From: an uncultured Syntrophaceae bacterium
Lineage (GTDB): Bacteria; Desulfobacterota; Syntrophia; Syntrophales; UBA2192
Assembly: GCA_964585095.1 (NCBI GenBank)
Contig: CAZPCN010000006.1
Span: forward strand, 13,160-77,159
Length of the DNA: 64,000 nt
Reading direction: 5' to 3'
Within the stretch, counting starts at the first letter, position 1. Every line of letters begins with the position of its first letter. The position numbers and the translations under genes were made by a program. Below are positions 1-8,100 of this stretch, piece after piece. The notes beneath the pieces are model-generated. The model saw only the letters and a program-made list of their open reading frames with translations, had not been told where the DNA came from and made no database searches.

Positions 1-1
1 C

Positions 2-484
2 ACCAACGTCTTCCAGGAGCTCTCCGTCTTCGACAACATCCGCTCCGGCGTGCGCTCCCGCCGCGGGCTGCGGTACCACTTCTTCCGCAGGCCCGATCGG
101 AATCGCGAGATCAACGAGCGCACACAGGCCATCGTCGAGGAGGTGGGCCTGAAAGACGTCATGGACATGCCCGTCAGCGCCCTGTCCTACGGCCAGCAGC
201 GGGCCCTCGAGATCGGCATCACCCTCTCCACGGAGCCGGAGCTGATCCTGCTCGACGAGCCCACGGCGGGAATGACGCGCGAGGAAACGGGGCAGGCCAT
301 CCGGATGATCGACCGGGTCACGGCCGGACGGACGCTGATCATCATCGAGCACGACATGGACGTGGTGTTCTCGCTGGCCGACACGATATCGGTCCTTCAC
401 TACGGCACGATCCTCGTCTCGGGCAAACCCGACGAGATCCGCAACGATCAGCGGGTGAAGGACGCCTACCTGGGGGACGGATAA
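2..484 (+). CDS. livG: Branched-chain amino-acid-type ABC transporter ATP-binding protein (LivG-like), 5' end cut by window edge
   Basis: The frame stays open to the window start. ABC signature LSYGQQRALEI, Walker B LILLDEPTAGM, H-loop IIEHDM. A LivF-like gene follows 3 nt downstream. Confidence 0.85.
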   Translation, partial: TNVFQELSVFDNIRSGVRSRRGLRYHFFRRPDRNREINERTQAIVEEVGLKDVMDMPVSALSYGQQRALEIGITLSTEPELILLDEPTAGMTREETGQAIRMIDRVTAGRTLIIIEHDMDVVFSLADTISVLHYGTILVSGKPDEIRNDQRVKDAYLGDG

Positions 485-486
485 CC

Positions 487-1194
487 ATGCTGGAAGTAAA
501 AGACATCCACAGCTACTACGGAAAGAGCCACATCCTGCAGGGCGTCTCGATGACCCTCAACGAGGGGGAGCTCGTCTGCCTGCTCGGGCGCAACGGCGTC
601 GGAAAGTCCACCACGCTCAAGAGCATCATGGGCCTCGTCAGGCCCAGCGAGGGGAGCATCCGTTTCCATGGCCAGGAGTTGATCGGGAAGCGGCCTTTCG
701 AGATTGCTCGCATCGGCCTCGGCTACGTTCCCGAGGACCGGAGGATCTTCCGGAGCCTCACGGTCCACGAGAATCTCCTCATGGGCGTGAAAGATGCGAA
801 GGGCGGCGCCAAGAACAGCGCTTGGACCGTCGAGCGGGTCTACGAGAAATTCCCCAAGCTCAAGGAGCGGCGCGACAACAAGGGCGGCCACCTCTCGGGC
901 GGCGAGCAGCAGATGCTCACCGTGGCGAGAACCCTCATGGGAAACCCCAGGCTCATCCTCGTCGACGAGCCCACGGAGGGCCTGGCACCGCTGATCGTCC
1001 GCGACGTGCTGGAGATGCTGGCCGCCGTACGCAGCTCGGGGGTGACGGTGCTGATGGTCGAGCAGAACTTCAAGGCCTCCATAAAGGTGGCCGACCGCTT
1101 CTACATCATGGGGAAGGGGCAAATGGTCTTCGAAGGCGACACGGAGGCCCTGCTGGCGGCGGAGGAGATCCGGAAGAACTACTTGGAAGTGTAG
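487..1194 (+). CDS. livF: Branched-chain amino-acid-type ABC transporter ATP-binding protein (LivF-like)
   Basis: Walker A GRNGVGKST, signature LSGGEQQML, Walker B LILVDEPTEGL. Tightly coupled to the upstream ATPase. Confidence 0.9.
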   Translation: MLEVKDIHSYYGKSHILQGVSMTLNEGELVCLLGRNGVGKSTTLKSIMGLVRPSEGSIRFHGQELIGKRPFEIARIGLGYVPEDRRIFRSLTVHENLLMGVKDAKGGAKNSAWTVERVYEKFPKLKERRDNKGGHLSGGEQQMLTVARTLMGNPRLILVDEPTEGLAPLIVRDVLEMLAAVRSSGVTVLMVEQNFKASIKVADRFYIMGKGQMVFEGDTEALLAAEEIRKNYLEV

Positions 1195-1310
1195 GGCCGC
1201 GGGCCCCGTGTCGCAGTGAATGAGTGCGGAACAGGCACTCGCGGAATCATCCTGACGAAAAATGGAAATGCAGTAAGGCCTTTGGGTCAAAAAATGGGAG
1301 GTACGGATTT

Positions 1311-2513
1311 ATGAAAAAGCTGTTCGGACTGGCAGTATTGTCCGTCCTCGTCATGCTCGCGGTCCCCGCGGCGGCGCAGGACACCATCAAGATCGGCGGC
1401 GTGGAGCCCCTCTCCGGAACGTTCAAGGACATCGGCGAGCGTTACCTCGAGGGCGTGCAGTACGCGGCGAAGGTCATCAACGAAAGCGGCGGTCTGCTCG
1501 GCAAGAAAGTGGAAGTCATCCCCATCGACTCGGAGCTCAAACCGGACGTGGCCACGCGCAAGGCCCAGAACCTGATCCTGAGGGACGGCGTGAAGTTCTT
1601 CTGCGGCGGCACCGGCAGCTCCGTCGGGGCGGCCATGGCCCAGCTCGCGGAAAAGCAGAACGTGATCATGTTCACCTACGGCATGGACGCCTCCAGCATG
1701 ACCGGCGAGAAGTGCAACAAGAACTTCTTCCGGCCCGGCGGGAGCACCGACGGGCGCTCTTTCGCGCTGGCGCAGATGATCGCAAAGAAGGGATACAAGC
1801 GGGTGGGCATCATCGCCCAGGATTACTCGTTCGGCAAGGAGGCCACGGCTGCATTCAAGAAGAAGATGGCCCAGATCAGCCCCTCGACGAAGATCGTGGC
1901 CGAGCTCTACCACCCGGCCGGGACGAAGGACTTCGCCCCCTACGCGAGCCAGCTGATCGCGGCCAAGCCCGATGTCATCTTCACGCCCAACTGGGGCAAC
2001 GACCTGACACTCCTGCTCAAGCAGGGGCGTCCCATGGGGCTGAAGCAGAAGGTGTTCTCCTATTACATCAACGACGAGGTCATGATCAAATCGCTCGGCG
2101 ACGACAAGCTGATCGTCGGCGACATGGGCGCCGAGGTCTACGTGCTCTCCATTCCCAACAAGAAGAACCAGGAATTCGTCGCCAAGTTCCGCAAGGACAA
2201 GGGCTACTACCCAACCTGGCTGCGCGGCAAGGCCTACATGGCCACGATGATGTGGGCCGAAGCGGTGAAGAAGGCCGGCACGACCGACATTCCCGCCGTG
2301 ATCAAGGCCTGGGAAGGCCTTACCTATGACGGCATTGCCGGGACGTGGACCATGCGGGCCTGCGACCACCAGGCGCAGACGCCTTACTGGGCCGTCGAGA
2401 TCGTGAAGAACAACAAGTTCTTCAAGGAGCACGCCTTCGAGGGCGCCGCCACGATGATTCCCGCGAAGGACGTCGAGGTGCCCTGCGAGCAGACCGGCTG
2501 CAAGATGAAGTAG
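1311..2513 (+). CDS. Periplasmic substrate-binding protein of a Liv-type ABC system (type I periplasmic binding fold)
   Basis: The ATG at 1311 is preceded by a GGGAGG RBS and opens a signal peptide, MKKLFGLAVLSVLVMLAVPAAAQ. Overall resemblance to the Leu/Ile/Val-binding family. The ORF-track start at 1224 would add a non-signal leader and was not used. Confidence 0.8.
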   Translation: MKKLFGLAVLSVLVMLAVPAAAQDTIKIGGVEPLSGTFKDIGERYLEGVQYAAKVINESGGLLGKKVEVIPIDSELKPDVATRKAQNLILRDGVKFFCGGTGSSVGAAMAQLAEKQNVIMFTYGMDASSMTGEKCNKNFFRPGGSTDGRSFALAQMIAKKGYKRVGIIAQDYSFGKEATAAFKKKMAQISPSTKIVAELYHPAGTKDFAPYASQLIAAKPDVIFTPNWGNDLTLLLKQGRPMGLKQKVFSYYINDEVMIKSLGDDKLIVGDMGAEVYVLSIPNKKNQEFVAKFRKDKGYYPTWLRGKAYMATMMWAEAVKKAGTTDIPAVIKAWEGLTYDGIAGTWTMRACDHQAQTPYWAVEIVKNNKFFKEHAFEGAATMIPAKDVEVPCEQTGCKMK

Positions 2514-2598
2514 CGGATTACGGTTCCGCCCGGACGGGGTTGCAGGCGCGCCCCGTTCCGGGCGGCTGCCACCCGACAACCCACGTACAGGATTCACG

Positions 2599-3561
2599 AT
2601 GGCCATACTGATCACCGGCGGGGCCGGGTTTATCGGATCCCGCCTCGCAAAAATACTCATCGACGAGGGGGAAACCCCCGTCATCTTCGACATCGCGCCC
2701 GTTCAGGGGCCGCTGACCGAGCAGCGCGGACGCTTCGTTTTCGAGCAGGGAAGCCTCGCCCACCTGCCCGTCCTGATGGACTGCGTGGAACGCCATGCTG
2801 TCGACCGGATCTTTCACCTGGGCGGCATGCTCTCCCTGCCCTCGGAGAACAACCCCTGGGGCGCCTTCGACGCCAATGTGGTCGGGACGTACAACATTTT
2901 GGAGGCGGCCCGCATTAAGAAGATGAGGCAGGTTGTCTACGGTAGCACCATCGCCACCTACAGCAGGGATATCCCGGGCGACACGATCGACGACCGCACC
3001 CTCCAGCGGCCGTCGAGCTTCTACGGCGTCACGAAGACCTTCGGCGAACTCGCGGGCCGGTGGTACCACCGGCGTTTCGGCCTGGATTTCCGGGGCGTGC
3101 GGCTGCCCTCCATTGTTGGCCCGGGTGCGAAGACGGCGCACATGTCCATTTACAACGCCTGGGCGATCGAGTATGCCCTCCGGGGGCTGCCCTACGAGAT
3201 CAACTGCGCCCCGGAGACGCGGTGCCCCGCCCTGTACTACAAGGACGCCGCCCTGGCCCTGAAGATACTGGCCGACGCCGACCCGTCGCGAATTGCGACG
3301 AGGGTCTACAACATCGCCGGGATCTCCCCGCCCTATTCGGCGCAAGAGCTCGTGGACGCCGTCGCGAGGCGTATCCCCGGGGCGCGGCTTTCCTTCAAGC
3401 CCGATCCCGTCGTCGTGGAGCTTCTCCGGGAACTCGGCGCCCTGAGGATCAGCGACGAGTGCGCGCAGGCGGAGTGGGACTGGCGGCTTTCGTACCCCCT
3501 CGAGGCGATGGTGGATGACTTCATCGGTGAATTTGAGAAAAACAAGTCGCACTATCTCTGA
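2599..3561 (+). CDS. NAD-dependent epimerase/dehydratase (extended SDR)
   Basis: N-terminal Rossmann motif ILITGGAGFIGS and catalytic YxxxK (YGVTK). Confidence 0.85.
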   Translation: MAILITGGAGFIGSRLAKILIDEGETPVIFDIAPVQGPLTEQRGRFVFEQGSLAHLPVLMDCVERHAVDRIFHLGGMLSLPSENNPWGAFDANVVGTYNILEAARIKKMRQVVYGSTIATYSRDIPGDTIDDRTLQRPSSFYGVTKTFGELAGRWYHRRFGLDFRGVRLPSIVGPGAKTAHMSIYNAWAIEYALRGLPYEINCAPETRCPALYYKDAALALKILADADPSRIATRVYNIAGISPPYSAQELVDAVARRIPGARLSFKPDPVVVELLRELGALRISDECAQAEWDWRLSYPLEAMVDDFIGEFEKNKSHYL

Positions 3562-3626
3562 TGACGGCCCGGCACAAACAAACGAATGATCCAAGAACGA
3601 AATAAAAACAGGGGATATCAACGACC

Positions 3627-4547
3627 ATGAACAAGAGGATTTTCACCGCCGCGCTGACCGGCGCCATTCACACCCCGAGCATGTCGCCCTATCTGCCGGT
3701 GACCCCTCAGCAGCTGATCGACGAGTCCATCCGCTCCTACGAAGCGGGGGCTGCCGTCGTTCACATCCACGTGAGGGACCCCAGGACGGGGCTGCCCAAT
3801 GCGGACCAGAACATCTACCGGGAAATCGCCGAGGCCGTCCGGAAAAAATGCGACGTCGTCATGTGCTTCACCACCGGCGGCAAGCTCGGCGAGCCCGTCG
3901 AGAACCGCGTCCGCGTGGCCTCGAACCTCAAGCCGGAGCTGACCTCGCTCAATGCGGGCTCGCTCAATTTCGCCCTGTTCCACATCAAGGACCAGGTCAA
4001 GGAGTTCAAGTACGACTGGGAGGAGGCCTACCTCGACCTGACGGAGGACTTCATTTTCCCCAACACGTTCAAGACAATGCGGCAGTACCTCGAAATCATC
4101 TACGCAAACGGGGCAAAACCCGAGTTCGAGATCTATGACGTGGGGATGATCAACAACCTGGCCTTCCTGCTGCAGAAGGGGCTCGCGAAAAAGCCCGTCT
4201 ACCTGCAGTTCGTCATGGGCATCCTCGGCGGGATTCCCGCCACCCTGGAGCATCTGGTTTACCTCGTCGAGACGGCCCGCAAGCAGATCGGCGACTTCCA
4301 GTTCTCCGTCTGCGCCGCCGGGCGCACGCAGATCTCCATGTGCACGGGCTCTCTGCTGATGGGGGGTCACGCCCGGGTGGGACTGGAGGACAATCTCTAC
4401 CTCGAAAAAGGGGTGCTCGCGAAGAGCAGCGGCGAGCAGGTCGCCAAGATCGTCCGCATCGCCCGGGAGCTGGGCATCGAGCCGGCCACCCCGGACGAGG
4501 CCCGGCAGATCCTGGGGTTGAAAGGGATCGACGCCGTGAATTTTTAA
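3627..4547 (+). CDS. Beta-keto acid cleavage enzyme family protein (BKACE; 3-keto-5-aminohexanoate cleavage enzyme-like, DUF849)
   Basis: N-terminus IFTAALTGAIHTPSMSPYLPVTPQQLIDESIRSYEAGAAVVHIHVRDP is typical of BKACE TIM-barrel enzymes. Confidence 0.75.
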   Translation: MNKRIFTAALTGAIHTPSMSPYLPVTPQQLIDESIRSYEAGAAVVHIHVRDPRTGLPNADQNIYREIAEAVRKKCDVVMCFTTGGKLGEPVENRVRVASNLKPELTSLNAGSLNFALFHIKDQVKEFKYDWEEAYLDLTEDFIFPNTFKTMRQYLEIIYANGAKPEFEIYDVGMINNLAFLLQKGLAKKPVYLQFVMGILGGIPATLEHLVYLVETARKQIGDFQFSVCAAGRTQISMCTGSLLMGGHARVGLEDNLYLEKGVLAKSSGEQVAKIVRIARELGIEPATPDEARQILGLKGIDAVNF

Positions 4548-4731
4548 TCGGCCGATGCCGGATTCGTTCGGCGCTCCTTACCCGAATCCTCTCTCCTGGG
4601 GGGCTCGATTCCGATCGGGCCCCCTTTCTTTTCCGGGCGCAAGCCGATTCCCGTTTCATCTGTTGCATTTTTGTGGTATAGGGCACTTGGGTCTGGAGGG
4701 GGCCTAATAACACCCAGGAGGAGGATGTGCG

Positions 4732-5301
4732 ATGCCCGAGGATCCCGATATCCGATTGATGGACGCGGAGGAAGAGGTCTATTCGCCGGAACGAAAGCAG
4801 TCGGGGCCGGACAAGAAGAAAGTCGGGGTGATCGCCGCGGTCGGGATTGCGGTGTTTGCCGTGCTCGGGGGCGCCTACCTGATGCTGGGGGGCGGCGGGG
4901 TCTCCAAGGAGGAGGCCCGGCTCATGCAGACGAAGCTCTCCGCCATGGAGCAGAAGATCGTGGCCCTGGAGAAGCAGCAGGCGGCCCTGCTGGCGAGGAT
5001 TCCCGCCGAGGGGGCCGAGGCGGCCCTGACCGGCAAAATGGACTCGCTCGCCCAGCGCGTCGAGGCCCTGGAAAAGAGGCCTGTGGCCGCGGCGGCGGAA
5101 AAACCGAAAGCCCCCGCCAAGGAGAAAAAGGAAAAGGCCGCTGCATCGGTTGGCAAGAAAACGCACACGGTCCAGAAAGGAGAGACCGTCTACGGCATCA
5201 GCAAGAAATACGGGATGAAACCGTCAGACCTGCGCAAGCTCAACAACCTCGGCGAGGACGACCCGGTCAGGCCCGGGCAGAAACTCGTAGTCGGTAAATA
5301 G
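4732..5301 (+). CDS. Membrane-anchored LysM domain protein
   Basis: RBS GGAGGAGGA. One TM helix (VGVIAAVGIAVFAVLGGAYLML), a coiled/Ala-rich linker, and a C-terminal LysM domain (HTVQKGETVYGISKKYGMKPSDLRKLNNL...PGQKLVV). Confidence 0.8.
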   Translation: MPEDPDIRLMDAEEEVYSPERKQSGPDKKKVGVIAAVGIAVFAVLGGAYLMLGGGGVSKEEARLMQTKLSAMEQKIVALEKQQAALLARIPAEGAEAALTGKMDSLAQRVEALEKRPVAAAAEKPKAPAKEKKEKAAASVGKKTHTVQKGETVYGISKKYGMKPSDLRKLNNLGEDDPVRPGQKLVVGK

Positions 5302-5325
5302 TTGCGCATCCCCGCTGAACGCACG

Positions 5326-5354
5326 AAGCCCGGCCGAGTCGGCCGGGCTTTTTG
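5326..5354. terminator. Bidirectional intrinsic terminator between convergent genes
   Basis: Perfect 10-bp stem AAGCCCGGCC / GGCCGGGCTT with loop GAGTC, followed by TTTT. It lies between the LysM gene stop (5301) and the protease gene stop (5369). Confidence 0.7.
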
Positions 5355-5368
5355 TCTGCCGGGGCCGT

Positions 5369-6160
5369 CTACGGTCCCGGGACGGCGCCCTGCTCCCGGA
5401 GCAGTTGAATCACCTTGTTCACCGGGACGGCGAACCCGATGTTCTGCGCGCCCAGCACAACGGCGAGATTGACGCCCACCAGTTCGCCGTCCATGTTCAA
5501 AAGCGCCCCCCCGCTGTTGCCCGGGTTGATGGAGGCATCGGTCTGCAGAAGCCCCGAACAGGCGTAGTCGCACTCCGTGTTCTTGAAGGCCCGGTCGATG
5601 CCGCTGATCACGCCGGTCGTCACGGAATTCTCGAGGCCCAGGGGGTTGCCGATGGCGACGACGGTCTCGCCGACCATCAGGGTCTTGACGTCGGCAAACC
5701 GCACGGCCCTCAGCTCGCGGGCGGGCCGAACCCGGATCAGGGCCAGATCGTCGAGGGTGTTGACCCTGACGACTTTCGCCTCCGCCACGGTTCCGTCGCG
5801 CAGCACGGCGTAGATGGTGCTCGCCCGGTGCACCACGTGGGCGTTGGTGACGATGAGCCCTTCCTTGTCGACGATGACGCCGGAGCCTACGCTCTTGAGT
5901 TTCACCGTCCCGCCGGAGTAGTCCTCGCCGAAGTACTGCTTGAAGAACCGGTCCAGGCGCTCGCCGTACTGTCCCCAGGCCGGGTGCTCCTTGAGGTCGA
6001 CGAGGCTCTCGGTGCGGATGTTCACCACCGAGGCGGCGTTGTCGCGGACGACTTTCACAACGGGGGTCTCCCGCGGGCTCTTCGCGGGAGCGGCGCAGCC
6101 AGCAAGGGCAAGCAGGGGAAACGAGAGAAGGGCCAGGGCGAAAGCGGGGACTCGGCTCAT
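5369..6160 (-). CDS. Lipoprotein trypsin-like serine protease (S1C/HtrA-like catalytic domain, no PDZ)
   Basis: Canonical lipobox LLALAGC. Catalytic motifs TNAHVV (His), DLALIRV (Asp) and GNSGGAL (Ser). Confidence 0.85.
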   Translation of the reverse strand: MSRVPAFALALLSFPLLALAGCAAPAKSPRETPVVKVVRDNAASVVNIRTESLVDLKEHPAWGQYGERLDRFFKQYFGEDYSGGTVKLKSVGSGVIVDKEGLIVTNAHVVHRASTIYAVLRDGTVAEAKVVRVNTLDDLALIRVRPARELRAVRFADVKTLMVGETVVAIGNPLGLENSVTTGVISGIDRAFKNTECDYACSGLLQTDASINPGNSGGALLNMDGELVGVNLAVVLGAQNIGFAVPVNKVIQLLREQGAVPGP

Positions 6161-6224
6161 GGCATTCCCCTTTCGGAGATGATCCGCACTATAAGCCCTT
6201 TCGCGCGCGAACTCAAGCGCAGTG

Positions 6225-6602
6225 TCAGGGTTTTTCCCGGCTGCATGCGCATCTGATCGCAGCGGCCAGCTCGGAGAAATCCGATCCCTTCAGCACGTAG
6301 CCCGAAGCGCCCGCCGCCATGACGCTCTGCACGAGCGGCTTGCTCGAGTACATGGAGAGCATGATCACCTTGATCTGCGCGTTGTCCCGGATCAGGTGCC
6401 GCATCGCTTCGATCCCGTTCATCCCCGGCATGCTGATATCCATGACCACGACATCGGGTGCAAGTCTGCGGATCACGTCGATGGCTTCCCTGCCGTCTAC
6501 GGCCTCACCGACAACCTCCATGCCCGGCTCGGCATTGATCAGCCCCCGAAGCCCGTCTCGGAACATCTTGTGATCGTCGACGATTACGACCCTGGTGTTC
6601 AT
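6225..6602 (-). CDS. Stand-alone NarL/LuxR-class receiver domain protein (no output domain)
   Basis: 125 aa with DD (VDDH), phospho-acceptor region VVVMDISMPGMNG and the K-containing motif GASGYVLKG. It aligns by eye with the receiver of the LuxR response regulator at 47486 but stops where the linker and HTH would begin. Confidence 0.85.
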   Translation of the reverse strand: MNTRVVIVDDHKMFRDGLRGLINAEPGMEVVGEAVDGREAIDVIRRLAPDVVVMDISMPGMNGIEAMRHLIRDNAQIKVIMLSMYSSKPLVQSVMAAGASGYVLKGSDFSELAAAIRCACSREKP

Positions 6603-6696
6603 GCATTTCCTCTCGAGGTCACTTCGTGCCTCTTCGACCTTGCATTCGCGCTTTCCGCATGTTCCTCTTTTTACTGTTTCGGTGTCGGGAATTCAA

Positions 6697-7269
6697 TCAG
6701 GAAATCTCGGAATGCAAACCACAACCGCGCGTAGACGCTCCCGGCCTCCTTGAAACCATGCGGCACCCCCTTCGGACGAGTCTGCCGAGACGCGCCGCCG
6801 AGCAACGGCATGCCGCCTCATCACGTTCCCAGGCAAGCGGCCCCCTCGGCTTGATGACGCGGCGCAGCTCGCGGGGACCCCGAAGAGGATCGGGGACGGA
6901 ACAGAAAACGAAGGTGGCCGCGGTCGTGTCGAACGTGTCGCCACGAAAGGGGAGATTTTGCACGTCGGCGCGGGTCCATTCAGCGAAAAAGCCCTGCCGC
7001 CCCGCCTTCTTCCGGGCGGCAGCAAGCATGTTTTCGGCCACGTCGATCGCGGTGACCGCGACGCCCGCCGGGTAGATGGGGAAATTCTTGCCCGTACCGA
7101 CGCCGACCTCGAGTACACGCCCGGCAGAACGGGCAAGCAGCTTCGTCCGCCATGGCCGAAAGCGGCGCTCGTCGAGAAGCTCCAGCAGATTGTAGAACCT
7201 CACAATCCGGTTGTATCGCTTCCTTGCCGCGTTGCGCTCGCGATCCGGCTGTTGTGCTTCCTCGTTCAT
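6697..7269 (-). CDS. Class I SAM-dependent methyltransferase (C-terminal ~45 aa look out of frame)
   Basis: SAM motif I VLEVGVGTGKN and motif post-I/II (AIDVAENML, LPFRGDTFD). The tail LAWERDEAACRCSAARLGRLVRRGCRM... is Arg/Cys-rich and unlike the family. Confidence 0.7.
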   Translation of the reverse strand: MNEEAQQPDRERNAARKRYNRIVRFYNLLELLDERRFRPWRTKLLARSAGRVLEVGVGTGKNFPIYPAGVAVTAIDVAENMLAAARKKAGRQGFFAEWTRADVQNLPFRGDTFDTTAATFVFCSVPDPLRGPRELRRVIKPRGPLAWERDEAACRCSAARLGRLVRRGCRMVSRRPGASTRGCGLHSEIS

Positions 7270-7563
7270 GGGAATAACTCCCCGGCCGCATCGGGACCCT
7301 GCTCAAGGCACACGGTGGTGTTCATTCGCAGGACCCTCGTTGCCGGTCGGATCGTACGTGCCGAATGCTGGAGCGATCGGCTCTGCGATCATGGAAATGC
7401 TACCGTCGACGGGAGGGGATGACTATCGGGGGCAGGCTGAAAAGCAGGGCACCAATGCCGGAAGGAGGAGCAGGATTGACGCGTCGATGACGGTCTTCGA
7501 TCCCGACGAGAACTGGAAGCCGGCGGGACGCTTCGCGGCGGGCTGCCTCGGAGAGGCCTGCGG

Positions 7564-7863
7564 TCAGAGGTTTTTTTTCAGCAGCAGATAGAGGGCGTTC
7601 TCGTCCACGCCCTTGTTGATGGCGATGGGCTGGTCGTGCACGGGATAGGGTAGATCGATCTCGTGGAGGACCGGGCCCTCCGGACCCGCCCCCCGGACCT
7701 GAAGACACGTCCCGCTGGCGAGGCACTGCAGATCGGCGGGATTGACGCCCGGAGCGGCGACGGAGACGACAATGGCGCCGACCCCGACCCACAGCTTCAC
7801 CGAGAGCGCCTGATCGGCGCCGGTGGGCGCACTCCCGTCAGGCGGTTTTTCCGGATACCCCAT
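7564..7863 (-). CDS. Small hypothetical protein, weak Hsp20/alpha-crystallin-like pattern
   Basis: GGAGAG lies about 9 nt upstream of the ATG. The pattern AIVVSVAAPGVNPADLQ...LQVRG...IDLPYPV...AINKGV...LLLKK loosely matches the LPGV..D / ..LP.PV.. / NGVL layout of minimal sHSPs. Confidence 0.4.
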   Translation of the reverse strand: MGYPEKPPDGSAPTGADQALSVKLWVGVGAIVVSVAAPGVNPADLQCLASGTCLQVRGAGPEGPVLHEIDLPYPVHDQPIAINKGVDENALYLLLKKNL

Positions 7864-8100
7864 CTGCTCTTACTCTCCGAAAAATCCGAACGTATCGATC
7901 GCAAGCGGATTCCGACGACGATTGCCTTCACACAATCATCGCTCGGAAGCGGACAGGCCCTTCCCGCAGCGGTCGATGGACAACTGAGCCGGCCGTCCTG
8001 CACCGGGCCGCATGTCCTTGTACGCTGACCCTACCGGATCGGTCGACGGGGCGCCATCGGGCGATCACGGATTTTCACACGTGAAATGACTGAGACCGCG

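Noticed and set aside
1287-3621. Long minus-strand ORFs (1287..2693, 468 aa; 2518..3621, 367 aa) opposite the binding-protein and epimerase genes
   Set aside because: Arg/Gly/His-rich, low-complexity translations with no recognisable motifs. The plus-strand frames carry clear family motifs. These are typical antisense shadow ORFs of high-GC DNA.
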